64,000 nt of DNA from Actinomycetota bacterium (GCA_046046455.1 JBJOJS010000116.1:8202-72201); one strand, 5' to 3'; counted from the first letter of the stretch, positions 48,075 through 57,873 are shown. The notes: a model not told the origin generated them from the letters alone. Made by a program: numbers and translations.

Positions 48075-48931
48075 GCGCCAGCCACCTCGGATCCGGCCGG
48101 CTCAGCCGGCAGGCGTACGACGACCGAGCCATCGCGTACGTCGATCACGTCCCAGGCGATGGCACCGTCATCGTCGAAGCGCGGGCGCGGCATGAGAGGG
48201 CGCACGTCGCGATCCGCCGCACTCGCGATGACGCTCGCCACATCCGGCAGCGCGGCCAGGTCCGCAAGCGTGGCGACAGTCGGGGGCAGCATGGGCAGGC
48301 GACCGCGCGCGTAATCACCGAGGGCCACGGACGGGGATGTCCACACGACCTGATCGGCCTCACCACTCACATCGCGGGCACGCTGACCGGGGGGCACGGC
48401 CGCCACGAAGAAGCGCACGTCGTACCTCTTGGACTCCACCTCGGGAGTGACCCAATGCGTCCACAGCGGGAGCAGTCCGGGATCGATGCGCAGGCGGCGA
48501 CGTGCGAGCACCTGCGCGAGAGCGGGGCTCGACTCGGTCACAGCCGCGCGATCGTCCTCCCAGCCATCGTCCTCCTCAGGCACGCGACCCGAGTCATCGA
48601 CGGCGAGGAGTACGCCGGTCTCCTCGAAGACCTCGCGCACGGCACCGACGATGAGGCCGCGCGCCTGGCGATCCGACGCCGTCATGCGCCGAGGGTCCAC
48701 GGGCAGCCCGGTCCAAGGAAGGTCCATGTCCGCATCGGAATCGTCGATGCGGCCTCCAGGGAAGACGTACATCCCCGCGGCGAAGGCCATGGTCGCCGCG
48801 CGGCGCATGAGGTAGGTCTCGAGCACGTCGGCGTCGCGCAGGAGCACGACTGTGGAGGCATCCCGCACGGGAGGCGGTTGCCACTCTCCGGCGAGAAGAG
48901 CGCGGGCGCGCTCTCTCACCTCGGGCGGCAT
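48071..48931 (-). CDS. Nudix hydrolase
   Basis: ASTVVLLRD, VFPGG, VREVFEETG, HWVTP, RYDVRFF, MLPPT. Confidence 0.88.
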   Translation of the reverse strand: MPPEVRERARALLAGEWQPPPVRDASTVVLLRDADVLETYLMRRAATMAFAAGMYVFPGGRIDDSDADMDLPWTGLPVDPRRMTASDRQARGLIVGAVREVFEETGVLLAVDDSGRVPEEDDGWEDDRAAVTESSPALAQVLARRRLRIDPGLLPLWTHWVTPEVESKRYDVRFFVAAVPPGQRARDVSGEADQVVWTSPSVALGDYARGRLPMLPPTVATLADLAALPDVASVIASAADRDVRPLMPRPRFDDDGAIAWDVIDVRDGSVVVRLPAEPAGSEVAGA

Positions 48932-48942
48932 GCGGGGGATGC

Positions 48943-49404
48943 TCAGTCGGCGACCTCCAGCACCATCTCCACCTCGACGGGGGCGTTGATGGGCAGGCCG
49001 GCGACCCCGACGGCAGAGCGAGCGTGACGGCCGGCATCGCCGAACACCTCGAGGAGCAGCTCACTCGCACCGTTGATGACAGCGGGCTGGGCTGTGAAGC
49101 CGGGAGCGCTGGCCACGAAGCCCACCACCTTCACGACGCGGGTCACGCGATCGAGCGACCCGATGACCGACTGTGCGGCGGCGAGGGCATTGATCGCGCA
49201 CTGGCGCGCACAGTCCTTGGCCACCTCGGGATCGACGTCGGAGCCCACGAGGCCCTCGGCGATCATCACGCCGTCGCGCATGGGTAACTGCCCCGACGTG
49301 TAGACGTGGCGGCCGGTGACGACCGCGGGCACGTACGCCGCGACGGGAGGCACCACCTCGGGGATGACGATCCCGAGCTCGGCGAGGCGTGCGGTGTGAG
49401 ACAT
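48943..49404 (-). CDS. RidA/YjgF family protein
   Basis: AAYVPAV, TSGQLP, NGASELL, HARSAVGV..LP..APVEVE; start ATG 49404. Confidence 0.9.
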   Translation of the reverse strand: MSHTARLAELGIVIPEVVPPVAAYVPAVVTGRHVYTSGQLPMRDGVMIAEGLVGSDVDPEVAKDCARQCAINALAAAQSVIGSLDRVTRVVKVVGFVASAPGFTAQPAVINGASELLLEVFGDAGRHARSAVGVAGLPINAPVEVEMVLEVAD

Positions 49405-49562
49405 CACTGCTCCTTGGGGCGCTTGAGGTAGGCGACGACGTTCTCGGCATTGGGGCCCGGGACGACCTGCACGAGCTCCCAGCCGTCCTCCCCCCACGTG
49501 TCGAGGATCTGCTTGGTCGCGTGAATGAGCAGGGGCACGGTCGCGTATTCCCACCGGGTCAT
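49404..49562 (-). CDS. DUF4177 small protein (52 aa; below the ORF-track cutoff)
   Basis: Manual translation MTRWEYATVPLLIHATKQILDTWGEDGWELVQVVPGPNAENVVAYLKRPKEQ; leaderless signature. Confidence 0.88.
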   Translation of the reverse strand: MTRWEYATVPLLIHATKQILDTWGEDGWELVQVVPGPNAENVVAYLKRPKEQ

Positions 49563-49632
49563 GGCCCGACCCTAGTACGGCGTACCGCGAGGACAACCGG
49601 GGTGATCCTGTCCGGCGGACTAGGCTCGGGCG

Positions 49633-50607
49633 GTGCCCTCGACCGACTGGCCCGACGTGCTCCTGCACGTGGTTTCCGGCAAGGGTGGCACGGGCAAGAC
49701 CACGGTGGCTGCCGCGCTGGCTCTGGCGCTCGCACGCGACGGGCGCCACGTGATGCTCATGGAGGTCGAGGGGCGTCAGGGTCTTGCCCAACTCTTCGAC
49801 ACTCCACCGCTGCCCTACGAGGAGCGCAAGCTGGCCTCGGCTCCCGGAGGTGGTGAGGTCTGGGGACTCGCCGTGGATCCCGAGGAGGCGCTGCTCGAGT
49901 ACCTCGAGCTCTTCTACAACCTTCGCCGGGCAGGTGGCGTGCTGCGCCGCATGGGTGCCATGGAGTTCGTCACCACCATCGCTCCCGGCCTACGCGACGT
50001 GCTCCTCACCGGCAAAGCCGTCGAGCTCGTCCGTCGCCGCGACAAGAAGCATGCCCGCGCGTACGACGCGATCGTGCTCGACGCACCCCCCACGGGACGC
50101 ATCACGCGCTTCCTCAACGTCAACACCGAGATCGCCGGCGTCGCCAAGGTCGGCCCGATCCGCAATCAGGCGGACGGTGTGATGGCCGTGCTGCGCTCGG
50201 ACAAGACCGCGGTGCATCTCACGACGCTACTCGAGGAGATGCCGGTGCAGGAGACCGCCGACGGTGTGGCCGAGCTCGAGGACGCTGCTCTCCCCGTCGG
50301 CGGGATCGTCGTCAACATGACGCGGCCTCCGCTTCTGCCCTCGATGGCTGCACTTACGTCGGTGGACGCCACCTCCCTCGAGGGATCACTGCGCACCGCA
50401 GGGATCGATGCGTCCTCGCGCGTCGTCGAGGCACTCCGGGCCGAGGGCGCTGACCATGCGGCACGCGTCGCACTCGAGGAGACCGAGCGCGCACGCATCG
50501 CCGCACTGGGGCGTCCTGTCTACGAGCTCCCGTTCCTCGCAGGCGGGATTGACCTCGCCGCGCTCTACGAGTTGGCCGACATGCTCCACGAGCAGGGCAT
50601 GGCCTGA
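49633..50607 (+). CDS. ArsA/Get3-family ATPase (Rv3679-like)
   Basis: SGKGGTGKTT, TIAPGLRDVLLTGK, DAPPTGR, LEEMPVQET. Confidence 0.88.
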   Translation: MPSTDWPDVLLHVVSGKGGTGKTTVAAALALALARDGRHVMLMEVEGRQGLAQLFDTPPLPYEERKLASAPGGGEVWGLAVDPEEALLEYLELFYNLRRAGGVLRRMGAMEFVTTIAPGLRDVLLTGKAVELVRRRDKKHARAYDAIVLDAPPTGRITRFLNVNTEIAGVAKVGPIRNQADGVMAVLRSDKTAVHLTTLLEEMPVQETADGVAELEDAALPVGGIVVNMTRPPLLPSMAALTSVDATSLEGSLRTAGIDASSRVVEALRAEGADHAARVALEETERARIAALGRPVYELPFLAGGIDLAALYELADMLHEQGMA

Positions 50608-51752
50608 TGCCCACGGCCCCCGCACTCGATATCGATGCGCTGCTGCGCGATCCCGCGACGCGGACCATCGTGTGCTGCGGCTCGGGCGGCGTCGGCAAGA
50701 CCACTACAGCGGCTGCGCTGGGACTGCGCGCAGCGGAGATGGGACGACGCGTGTGCGTCCTCACCATCGATCCCGCACGCCGTCTCGCGCAGGCCATGGG
50801 CCTGAACGAGCTGGACAACACTCCCCGTCCAGTGATCGGTGTCGACGGCGACGGCTCGCTCAGCGCGATGATGCTCGACATGAAGCGGACCTTTGACGAG
50901 GTCGTCGAGTCCCATTCCGACCCCGATCGCGCCCAGGCCATCCTCGACAACCCGTTCTACCAAGCGCTCTCGTCGTCGTTCGCCGGCACGCAGGAATACA
51001 TGGCCATGGAGAAGCTCGGCCAATTGCGCACCGAGGCCGATCGCGACGGCACCTGGGACCTCATCGTCGTCGACACTCCCCCCTCGCGCTCCGCGCTGGA
51101 CTTCCTCGACGCGCCGGACCGACTGGGCACCTTCCTGGACGGCCGCTTCATCAAGATCCTCACCGCGCCGGCCCGTGGGGCCGGGCGTGGGATCGGCAAG
51201 ATCCTCGGCGCGGGACTGGGCATCTTCTCCGGGGTGCTCACCAAGATCCTCGGTGCTCAGTTGCTCACCGACCTCGCTGCCTTCGTGGGCGCTGTCGACA
51301 CGATGTTCGGTGGCTTCCGGGAGCGTGCGGAGGCGACGTACGCGCTCCTCAAGGATCCGGGCACGTCGTTCATCGTCGTCGCTGCCCCCGAGCGCGACGC
51401 GCTGCGCGAGGCCTCGTACTTCGTCGATCGCTTGGAGCAGGACGGCATGCCGCTCGCGGGTCTGGTCCTCAATCGCGTGCAGGAGGTCCGCGCGCCCGAG
51501 CTGAGCGTCGAGGAGGCCATGGCGGGCATGCAGCGCCTGCAGGGCGACGACCCCGCTGCCGCAGCGCTCCTGCGCCTACACGCCGATCGGCTGCGCAATT
51601 CCGAGCGCCAGGCGCGGCTCGCGCGAAGGTTCACCGCGGCGCATCCGGGAGTGCCGGTCACGGAGGTCTACGCGCTGGCCGAGGACGTGCACGATCTCGA
51701 GGGTCTCCGCGAGGTGGGCGCGCTGCTCGCCTCCGCCCAGCCGAATCCCTAG
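50607..51752 (+). CDS. ArsA/Get3-family ATPase (Rv3680-like)
   Basis: CCGSGGVGKTT, TIDPARRLA, EYMAMEKL, VDTPPSRSALDFLDAP. Confidence 0.9.
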   Translation: MPTAPALDIDALLRDPATRTIVCCGSGGVGKTTTAAALGLRAAEMGRRVCVLTIDPARRLAQAMGLNELDNTPRPVIGVDGDGSLSAMMLDMKRTFDEVVESHSDPDRAQAILDNPFYQALSSSFAGTQEYMAMEKLGQLRTEADRDGTWDLIVVDTPPSRSALDFLDAPDRLGTFLDGRFIKILTAPARGAGRGIGKILGAGLGIFSGVLTKILGAQLLTDLAAFVGAVDTMFGGFRERAEATYALLKDPGTSFIVVAAPERDALREASYFVDRLEQDGMPLAGLVLNRVQEVRAPELSVEEAMAGMQRLQGDDPAAAALLRLHADRLRNSERQARLARRFTAAHPGVPVTEVYALAEDVHDLEGLREVGALLASAQPNP

Positions 51753-51776
51753 GCAATCGTGCGCGCGCGGTGTGTC

Positions 51777-51825
51777 GAACTTCGGGACGAAAGTGGCCCT
51801 CCGCGGTGCTTTCGTCCCTAAGTTC
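51777..51825. repeat. 49-nt palindromic element, copy C
   Basis: GAACTTCGGGACGAAAG / CTTTCGTCCCTAAGTTC, one mismatch. Confidence 0.8.
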
Positions 51826-51891
51826 GGGGGCGGTGCGCTTCGGGGGGGTGCTCTGTGGGGGGGGTGCTCTGTGGGACTGGTGCGGTGGGGT

Positions 51892-52200
51892 CTACGACGC
51901 GCGGAAGACGTCGATGCCGACCGCGCGCTCGTACTCATCGCGCGCCGTCTGGAGCAACTGGCGCCACGAGGTGACCTGGGGGCGACGTCGCAGGAGTGCG
52001 CGACGCTCGCGCTCGGTCATACCGCCCCACACGCCGAACTCGACTCGGTTGTCGAGGGCATCGGCAAGGCATTCGGTGCGCACCTGGCAGCCCTGGCAGA
52101 TGACCTTGGCACGGTTCTGGGCAGCGCCTTGGACGAAGAGGGCATCGGGGTCGGATGTGCGGCAGGCCGCCCGCGCGGTCCACTCCGTCGACCAGGTCAT
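51892..52200 (-). CDS. whiB4: WhiB-family Fe-S regulator, WhiB4/WblA type
   Basis: Four Cys, DPDALFVQGAAQNRAK, EFGVWGGMTERERR; divergent from the PBP gene. Confidence 0.9.
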   Translation of the reverse strand: MTWSTEWTARAACRTSDPDALFVQGAAQNRAKVICQGCQVRTECLADALDNRVEFGVWGGMTERERRALLRRRPQVTSWRQLLQTARDEYERAVGIDVFRAS

Positions 52201-52428
52201 CCCTCACCTTCCCGCCGCCCCGTCCGGCACGGCTTTCCCTCGGGTCCCAGTGGCTTCACCAGTGGGGCGGGACGCTACGCCGCTCCTCCGTGGTGAGACA
52301 GGTCCCTATGACCCTAACCTAGTTAGTTCTTTTGGGCCATACTCTCCCGAGATACTGACCTCTTCGAGACGAGACTCCCGCCACGCACTCGCCTACCCTG
52401 GTACGGCACGTCTTCCCTGAGGAGTCCC

Positions 52429-54759
52429 GTGAGCGAGCCACTCACGCCCCCCGAGCCCACCCGGGCCCGCGGTGCGGCGGCGCGACCCCTGGCCGCGCTC
52501 GGTCGCCTCGGTGTCTTCCTCCTCGTGGCGCTGGTCGCCGGTGCCGTCGCCGCCGCCATGGTGCTTCCCGTCGCCGCCGCTACCGGACTTCTCACACGCG
52601 GCGCCATCGACAGTTTCGAGTCACTGCCGTCCCAACTCGACGCACCCGACCTTCCTGAGCGCTCGGTGATCCTCGCGGCCGACGGCTCGGTGATGGCCAC
52701 CATCTACTACCAGAACCGCGTGGAGGTGCCGCTGAGCGCAGTCGCACCGGTGATGCGCCAGGCCATCGTCGCCGTCGAGGACGCGCGCTTCCTCGACCAT
52801 CCCGGCATCGACCTGCGCGGCACGATGCGTGCGATCGTCGCCAACAGCACCCAGTCGAGTGGCACGCAGGGCGGCTCGACGATCACGCAGCAGTACGTCA
52901 AGAACCTCCTCATCGCAAGTGCCACCAATGAGGAGGAGCTCGAGGCCGCACGCGCACGTACGCCCTCCCGCAAGCTCCGCGAGATCCGCTATGCCCTCGC
53001 GCTCGAGCGCCGCTACTCCAAGGAGGAGATCCTCGAGCGCTACCTGAACATCGTTTACTTCGGGGCCGGCGCCTACGGTGTGGAGGCCGCGGCCCGCCGG
53101 TACTTCTCCAAGCCCGCCTCGGAACTCAATCTCGTCGAGAGCGCCACGCTCGCAGGCATCGTGCAGCAGCCGACGGCCTTCGACCCCACACGCAACCCCG
53201 AACTCGCCGAGCAGCGCCGTGACCTGGTCCTCGGCGAGATGGCGGAGGCGGGCTTCATCACCCCGGTCGAGGCGAGCGCAGCGGCTCGCGTCTCCCTTGA
53301 GGGGGTCCTCGATCCCTCCATCCAGCCCAATGGATGCACCTCGTCGTACGCACCGTATTTCTGCGACTTCGTCATCCGCATGATCAAGGCCGACCCTGCC
53401 TTCGGCGAGACCCTCGTCGAGCGCGAAGCACTCCTACGCCGGGGTGGGCTCACGATCCGCACGACGCTCGATCCGGACGTGCAAGACGCGGCCATGAAGT
53501 CCGTGACGTCGTACATCCCGATCAAGGATCCAAGTCAGCGCGCCGCCGCGATCACTCTCGTCGAGCCAGGGACCGGCAACGTCATCGCCATGGCTCAAAA
53601 TCGCGAGTGGGGCCTCAAGGGCCGGGGCAAGACCACCTACAACTACAACGTGGATGCGGGCTTCGGCGGCACGATCGGCATGCAGGCAGGATCCACCTTC
53701 AAGGTCTTCACCCTGGCGGCAGCACTGGAGCAGGGCTTCTCGCCCATGGAGGGCATCGACTCGCCCAACCCGAAGACCTTCGAGAACTTCGTCAACTGCA
53801 CCGACGGAACGAAGTTCCAGCCGGTGACCGTGCGTAACTCCGGGTCAGCGGGCTTCCTCAACATGTTCCAGGCGACGGCTTTCTCCACCAACACCTACTT
53901 CGTCACGCTCGCGGAGCGCTTCGGGCTGTGTCGACAGGCCGAAATCGCTGAGGAGATGGGGGTGCGCCTGGCTACGGGCGATCCGCTGCTGCGGGTGCCG
54001 ACGTTCTCACTGGGCACCATGGAGGTCTCTCCCCTCTCCATGGCGGGCGCGTACGCCGCGTTCGCGAATCACGGCACCTACTGCCAGCCACGCGTCGTGC
54101 TGGAGATCACCGATCGCTACGGAAACAACCTCGATGTCCCGGATCCCCGATGCCGGGAGGTCATCTCGCGCAACGTGGCCGACGCCGTGACCGGTGTGCT
54201 CACCAATGTCATCGACGGACCCTTCGAGGGGCGCACCGGTGGACTCATGTCGCTGCCCGACCGCCCTGCCGCGGGGAAGACCGGCAGTACCAATGAGAAC
54301 GCTGCCATCTGGTTTGCCGGCTACACCCCGCAGATCGCCGCTGCCGTCTGGGTGGGCGATCCGCGTGGCGGCTTCGCCTACCCCATGACCGACGTGACCA
54401 TCAATGGCACGTACTACTCCTACGTCACCGGCGGGCAGATTCCCGGTCCGATCTGGCGCGAGACGATGATGGCCGCACACGCCAACCTTGCGCCGCAGGC
54501 ATTCGAATTGCTCAACGAGTGGGGTATCGGGCCGGTGCGCGGCGTCGGCCCCTCGCCTGTCTACATCCCCTTCGCCCTGCCGCAGCCGGAGGAGCCCCAG
54601 GAGCCGAAGCCGGAGGAGAGTCAGAAGCCGAAGCCGACGCCCGGTCCGGGTCCGGGTCCGCAGCCGAGTCCGCAGCCGACACCGGAACCGACGCCTGAGC
54701 CGAGTCCGACACCGGAGCCGACGCCTGAGCCGAGTCCGGAACCCACCGAACCGGGTTAG
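52429..54759 (+). CDS. Class A penicillin-binding protein (PonA2-like) with a Pro-rich tail
   Basis: EDARF, QGGSTITQQ, YLNIVYFG; STFK, STN, KTG. Confidence 0.92.
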   Translation: MSEPLTPPEPTRARGAAARPLAALGRLGVFLLVALVAGAVAAAMVLPVAAATGLLTRGAIDSFESLPSQLDAPDLPERSVILAADGSVMATIYYQNRVEVPLSAVAPVMRQAIVAVEDARFLDHPGIDLRGTMRAIVANSTQSSGTQGGSTITQQYVKNLLIASATNEEELEAARARTPSRKLREIRYALALERRYSKEEILERYLNIVYFGAGAYGVEAAARRYFSKPASELNLVESATLAGIVQQPTAFDPTRNPELAEQRRDLVLGEMAEAGFITPVEASAAARVSLEGVLDPSIQPNGCTSSYAPYFCDFVIRMIKADPAFGETLVEREALLRRGGLTIRTTLDPDVQDAAMKSVTSYIPIKDPSQRAAAITLVEPGTGNVIAMAQNREWGLKGRGKTTYNYNVDAGFGGTIGMQAGSTFKVFTLAAALEQGFSPMEGIDSPNPKTFENFVNCTDGTKFQPVTVRNSGSAGFLNMFQATAFSTNTYFVTLAERFGLCRQAEIAEEMGVRLATGDPLLRVPTFSLGTMEVSPLSMAGAYAAFANHGTYCQPRVVLEITDRYGNNLDVPDPRCREVISRNVADAVTGVLTNVIDGPFEGRTGGLMSLPDRPAAGKTGSTNENAAIWFAGYTPQIAAAVWVGDPRGGFAYPMTDVTINGTYYSYVTGGQIPGPIWRETMMAAHANLAPQAFELLNEWGIGPVRGVGPSPVYIPFALPQPEEPQEPKPEESQKPKPTPGPGPGPQPSPQPTPEPTPEPSPTPEPTPEPSPEPTEPG

Positions 54760-54766
54760 CCCCTAC

Positions 54767-55228
54767 CTAGGCGAGAGCGGCCTTCACCAGTGCCGCGACC
54801 TGGCCACCATCGGCGCGGCCGCGCGTCAGCGGCGTGACGACCTTCATGACGGCACCCATCGCCGCCGGGCCCGTCTTGCCGTCCGCGGCCGCGGCCGCCA
54901 CCGCGTCAGCCACGATGCTCTTGATCTCGTCCTCGGTGAGCTGCTCGGGCAGGTAGCGCTGCAGCACGCTGAGTTCGGCACGCTCACGGTCGGCGCGATC
55001 GCCTGCCCCTGCGCCGTCGAAGGATTCAGCGGCCTCACGCCGCTTCTTGGCCTCGCTCGTGAGTACGACGACAACTTCGTCATCGCTGAGCTGGCGGGCC
55101 TCCTTGCCCGAGACCTCGGCGTTCGTGATGGCGGAGAGCGCCATGCGTAGTGTCGCCATCGTGAGCTCATCCTGGGCACGGATGGCAGCGGTGAGGTCGG
55201 ACTGCAGCTGATCCTTGAGAGCACTCAT
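54767..55228 (-). CDS. GatB/YqeY domain protein
   Basis: LKDQLQSDL, EAKKRRE, YLPEQL, MGAVM, GRADG. Confidence 0.9.
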   Translation of the reverse strand: MSALKDQLQSDLTAAIRAQDELTMATLRMALSAITNAEVSGKEARQLSDDEVVVVLTSEAKKRREAAESFDGAGAGDRADRERAELSVLQRYLPEQLTEDEIKSIVADAVAAAAADGKTGPAAMGAVMKVVTPLTRGRADGGQVAALVKAALA

Positions 55229-55269
55229 GGGGTCATCCTCGCCTACGGGCCGAGTGGGACACTCGTACG

Positions 55270-56190
55270 GTGACTTCGAAGCGTACGGCGCTCCTGGGTG
55301 GTGCCCTCGTCGGTGCTGCCAGCCTCGCCTACGCGCGCTGGGAGGCGGCGTCGTACCGCCTGCGCAGAATCGAGGTCCCCGTCCTGGATACGGGCCAGGC
55401 ACCGCTGCGCGTGCTGCACCTCAGCGACCTGCACATGACCCCGCGCCGTCACCGCCTGCAGAAGTGGGTGGCGTCCCTCGCGGAGCTACGACCCGATCTC
55501 GTGATCGTCACCGGAGACTTCCTCGCGCACGAGGAAGCCGTCGCACCCGTTGTCGATTCGCTGGCGCCGCTGCTCGACACCCCGGGCGCCTTCGTGCTCG
55601 GCAGCAACGATTACTTCGCCCCACGACCGATCAACCCCTTGTCCTATCTCGCCGGTCCCTCGGGCCTGGATCCGATGCGCCCCGAGCTACCGTGGCCGGA
55701 CCTGGTGGCGCAACTCACCGCTGCCGGCTGGGAGCACCTGCCGAATGAGCGCCGCACGCTCACGGCGGGCGAGCGCGTGATCGAGTTGCGCGGTGTCGAC
55801 GACCCGCACATCGAGCGCGACGACTACGCGATGGTGGCAGGGTCGCCGGATCCGGGCGCCGACCTCACCATCGGCGTCGCCCATGCGCCCTACCTACGCG
55901 TCCTCGACGCCATGGCCGCCGACGGCGTCGATCTCGCGCTCGCCGGCCACACGCACGGTGGCCAGGTGCGCATCCCGGGCTTCGGTGCGCTCGTCACCAA
56001 CTGCGACCTCGACCGCTCGAGGGCGCGCGGCCTGTCCGCCCATGGCCGTCCGCTCATGGAGTTCGCGCCCCACGACGCCCCGGACATGGCGCTGCACGTG
56101 TCAGCCGGCTTGGGCACGTCGCCATATGCCCCGATCCGCTTCGCGTGCCCACCGGAGGCCACGCTGCTCACGCTCACCGCAGGGGGATAG
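55270..56190 (+). CDS. Metallophosphoesterase (Rv3683-like)
   Basis: SDLH, TGDF, GSND, AGHTHGGQ, SAGLG. Confidence 0.9.
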   Translation: MTSKRTALLGGALVGAASLAYARWEAASYRLRRIEVPVLDTGQAPLRVLHLSDLHMTPRRHRLQKWVASLAELRPDLVIVTGDFLAHEEAVAPVVDSLAPLLDTPGAFVLGSNDYFAPRPINPLSYLAGPSGLDPMRPELPWPDLVAQLTAAGWEHLPNERRTLTAGERVIELRGVDDPHIERDDYAMVAGSPDPGADLTIGVAHAPYLRVLDAMAADGVDLALAGHTHGGQVRIPGFGALVTNCDLDRSRARGLSAHGRPLMEFAPHDAPDMALHVSAGLGTSPYAPIRFACPPEATLLTLTAGG

Positions 56191-56206
56191 ACTCCTCCGG
56201 CTCCCT

Positions 56207-56280
<74 letters not shown>

Positions 56281-56285
56281 CGCTG

Positions 56286-56319
56286 ATGGGGACTCAGGGC
56301 TCAGGCCCTGGGTCCCCAT
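56286..56319. terminator. Hairpin downstream of tRNA-Pro
   Basis: ATGGGGACTCAGGGC-TCAG-GCCCTGGGTCCCCAT. Confidence 0.7.
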
Positions 56320-57806
56320 TGTCTTGAGGCCTGTGGCACGAACGCGCAGGTGATGTCCCCTGGGCGTCGCAACGACACGAGATACGCCGTCACTGCGCGA
56401 TTGACGCATCTCGACGGAGTCGCTCCGTAGAGCACGTGCGCCGTGCCTGTGTAGGAGATGAGGGACGAACTCCGGAAGAAGGTGGCCATGGTGCGCGCCC
56501 ACACCGATGGGGTAGCCGGGTCGCCCGATGCGTTGAGCACCACCGCGCCATGAGGCAGGCTGATCGGACGCGTCACTGGGGGCATCGGATGAGCGAATGC
56601 TGGCAGCCCCGCGCAATTGCCGGCAAAGACAGCCGTCAATTCGCCCGCAAGCGGGGTGCCGATCTTCGCACTCGATGCGGCCCACATTCCCACATCATCG
56701 GCCGTCGGGCGGTCGGCGTAGTCGGCGCAATTGACGAAACGGAGCGTGTATAGGCGACCGTAGTCGAACTCCACCGCGGACACGATATTGCGGCGTTGCA
56801 ATGGGGGACGGAAGAGCGCATCGAAGGCTTCATTGACCAACCTGGTGATATCAGGAAAGGCCGCTTGATCTCGGGCCGACTGAAACAGCGCGAAGAGGAA
56901 CTCCCATCGGGTGACTTCATTGCCTATGTCGTCACGGTAGGTGCGATGGTCGAGCGCACGAATGACCCTGTACATCCGGGCAGCGGTTCTCTTGCTGAGC
57001 AGGGAGCCAAGCACCGCGACCGTCTGCGCGTGGCCGGCCCCCATGCCTGCTGAGATCTGGCCGATCGAGCTATTGGGCTCCACCGATCCATCCAAGAGAA
57101 GGGTGCGAATGCGAGCGGGATACAACTGCGCATAGAGCAGACCCACGCGGGTCCCGTAGCTCATCCCCCAGAAGGTCCATCGCCGCACATCCAGGGCTTG
57201 CCGCAACGCCTCCAGATCACGTACGACGTATTGCGTGCCCAAGTAGGGAGCGAGCGCGGTGTTGGCTTCCAGGCAGGCTGCATTTGCCGCTGCGCTGGCG
57301 GTGAGATGCTCCGAGGCGAAACCCCGCCAGTCGACGGCACCGGTAGCGGGGAGTTCCGGAGGCTTCGGAGGGGCTGGGCATCCCGAGAGGAACGGCCCGC
57401 TCTTGCCCACACCCCGGGGATCCCACAGCACGATGTCAAAGCGCCTCTTGATGCGAGCCGGCACTGACGCCATGAGCGCATCGGCGATCCGCAGAGAGGC
57501 GCCTCCCGGCCCTCCTGGATTGAGGGTGAGGGTCCCTAAGCGGCGGTCGCTTGCCCGATGAACCGCGAACTCGATGGCGAAGGTGTCGGGATTCGACGTG
57601 TCGAACCAGTTACGCGGAACTGTCAGCGTGCCGCACTCCCATGCAGCGAGCGCCCGGTCGCATGCGTGCCACTGCGGACGCATAGGTGAAGTGCCGGGTG
57701 GCATCTCCCTGGGCGAGTTGGACGCAGCGACGTGAGCCGGTGGCCCACCAAGGCAAAGGACCAGGGCAATGAAGCTCAGCGCCGCAGCGGCCAACCGAAT
57801 CGCCAT
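56301..57806 (-). CDS. Secreted TAP-like alpha/beta hydrolase, second copy, atypical composition
   Basis: Signal peptide, NPGGPG, WDPRGVG, GMSYG, GDPATP, GTAH; leaderless signature. Confidence 0.82.
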   Translation of the reverse strand: MAIRLAAAALSFIALVLCLGGPPAHVAASNSPREMPPGTSPMRPQWHACDRALAAWECGTLTVPRNWFDTSNPDTFAIEFAVHRASDRRLGTLTLNPGGPGGASLRIADALMASVPARIKRRFDIVLWDPRGVGKSGPFLSGCPAPPKPPELPATGAVDWRGFASEHLTASAAANAACLEANTALAPYLGTQYVVRDLEALRQALDVRRWTFWGMSYGTRVGLLYAQLYPARIRTLLLDGSVEPNSSIGQISAGMGAGHAQTVAVLGSLLSKRTAARMYRVIRALDHRTYRDDIGNEVTRWEFLFALFQSARDQAAFPDITRLVNEAFDALFRPPLQRRNIVSAVEFDYGRLYTLRFVNCADYADRPTADDVGMWAASSAKIGTPLAGELTAVFAGNCAGLPAFAHPMPPVTRPISLPHGAVVLNASGDPATPSVWARTMATFFRSSSLISYTGTAHVLYGATPSRCVNRAVTAYLVSLRRPGDITCAFVPQASRQWGPRA

Positions 57807-57873
57807 AGCGGGAGGCTAGACGAACGTGCTGCGGGTGAGCGACGACGTCAGGAGCAGTCCATGCGCACGGTGT

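Noticed and set aside
49633..51752. ArsA-family pair as an arsenic resistance system
   Set aside because: No arsB, arsC or arsR; the position matches the conserved Rv3679/Rv3680-type pair next to whiB4.
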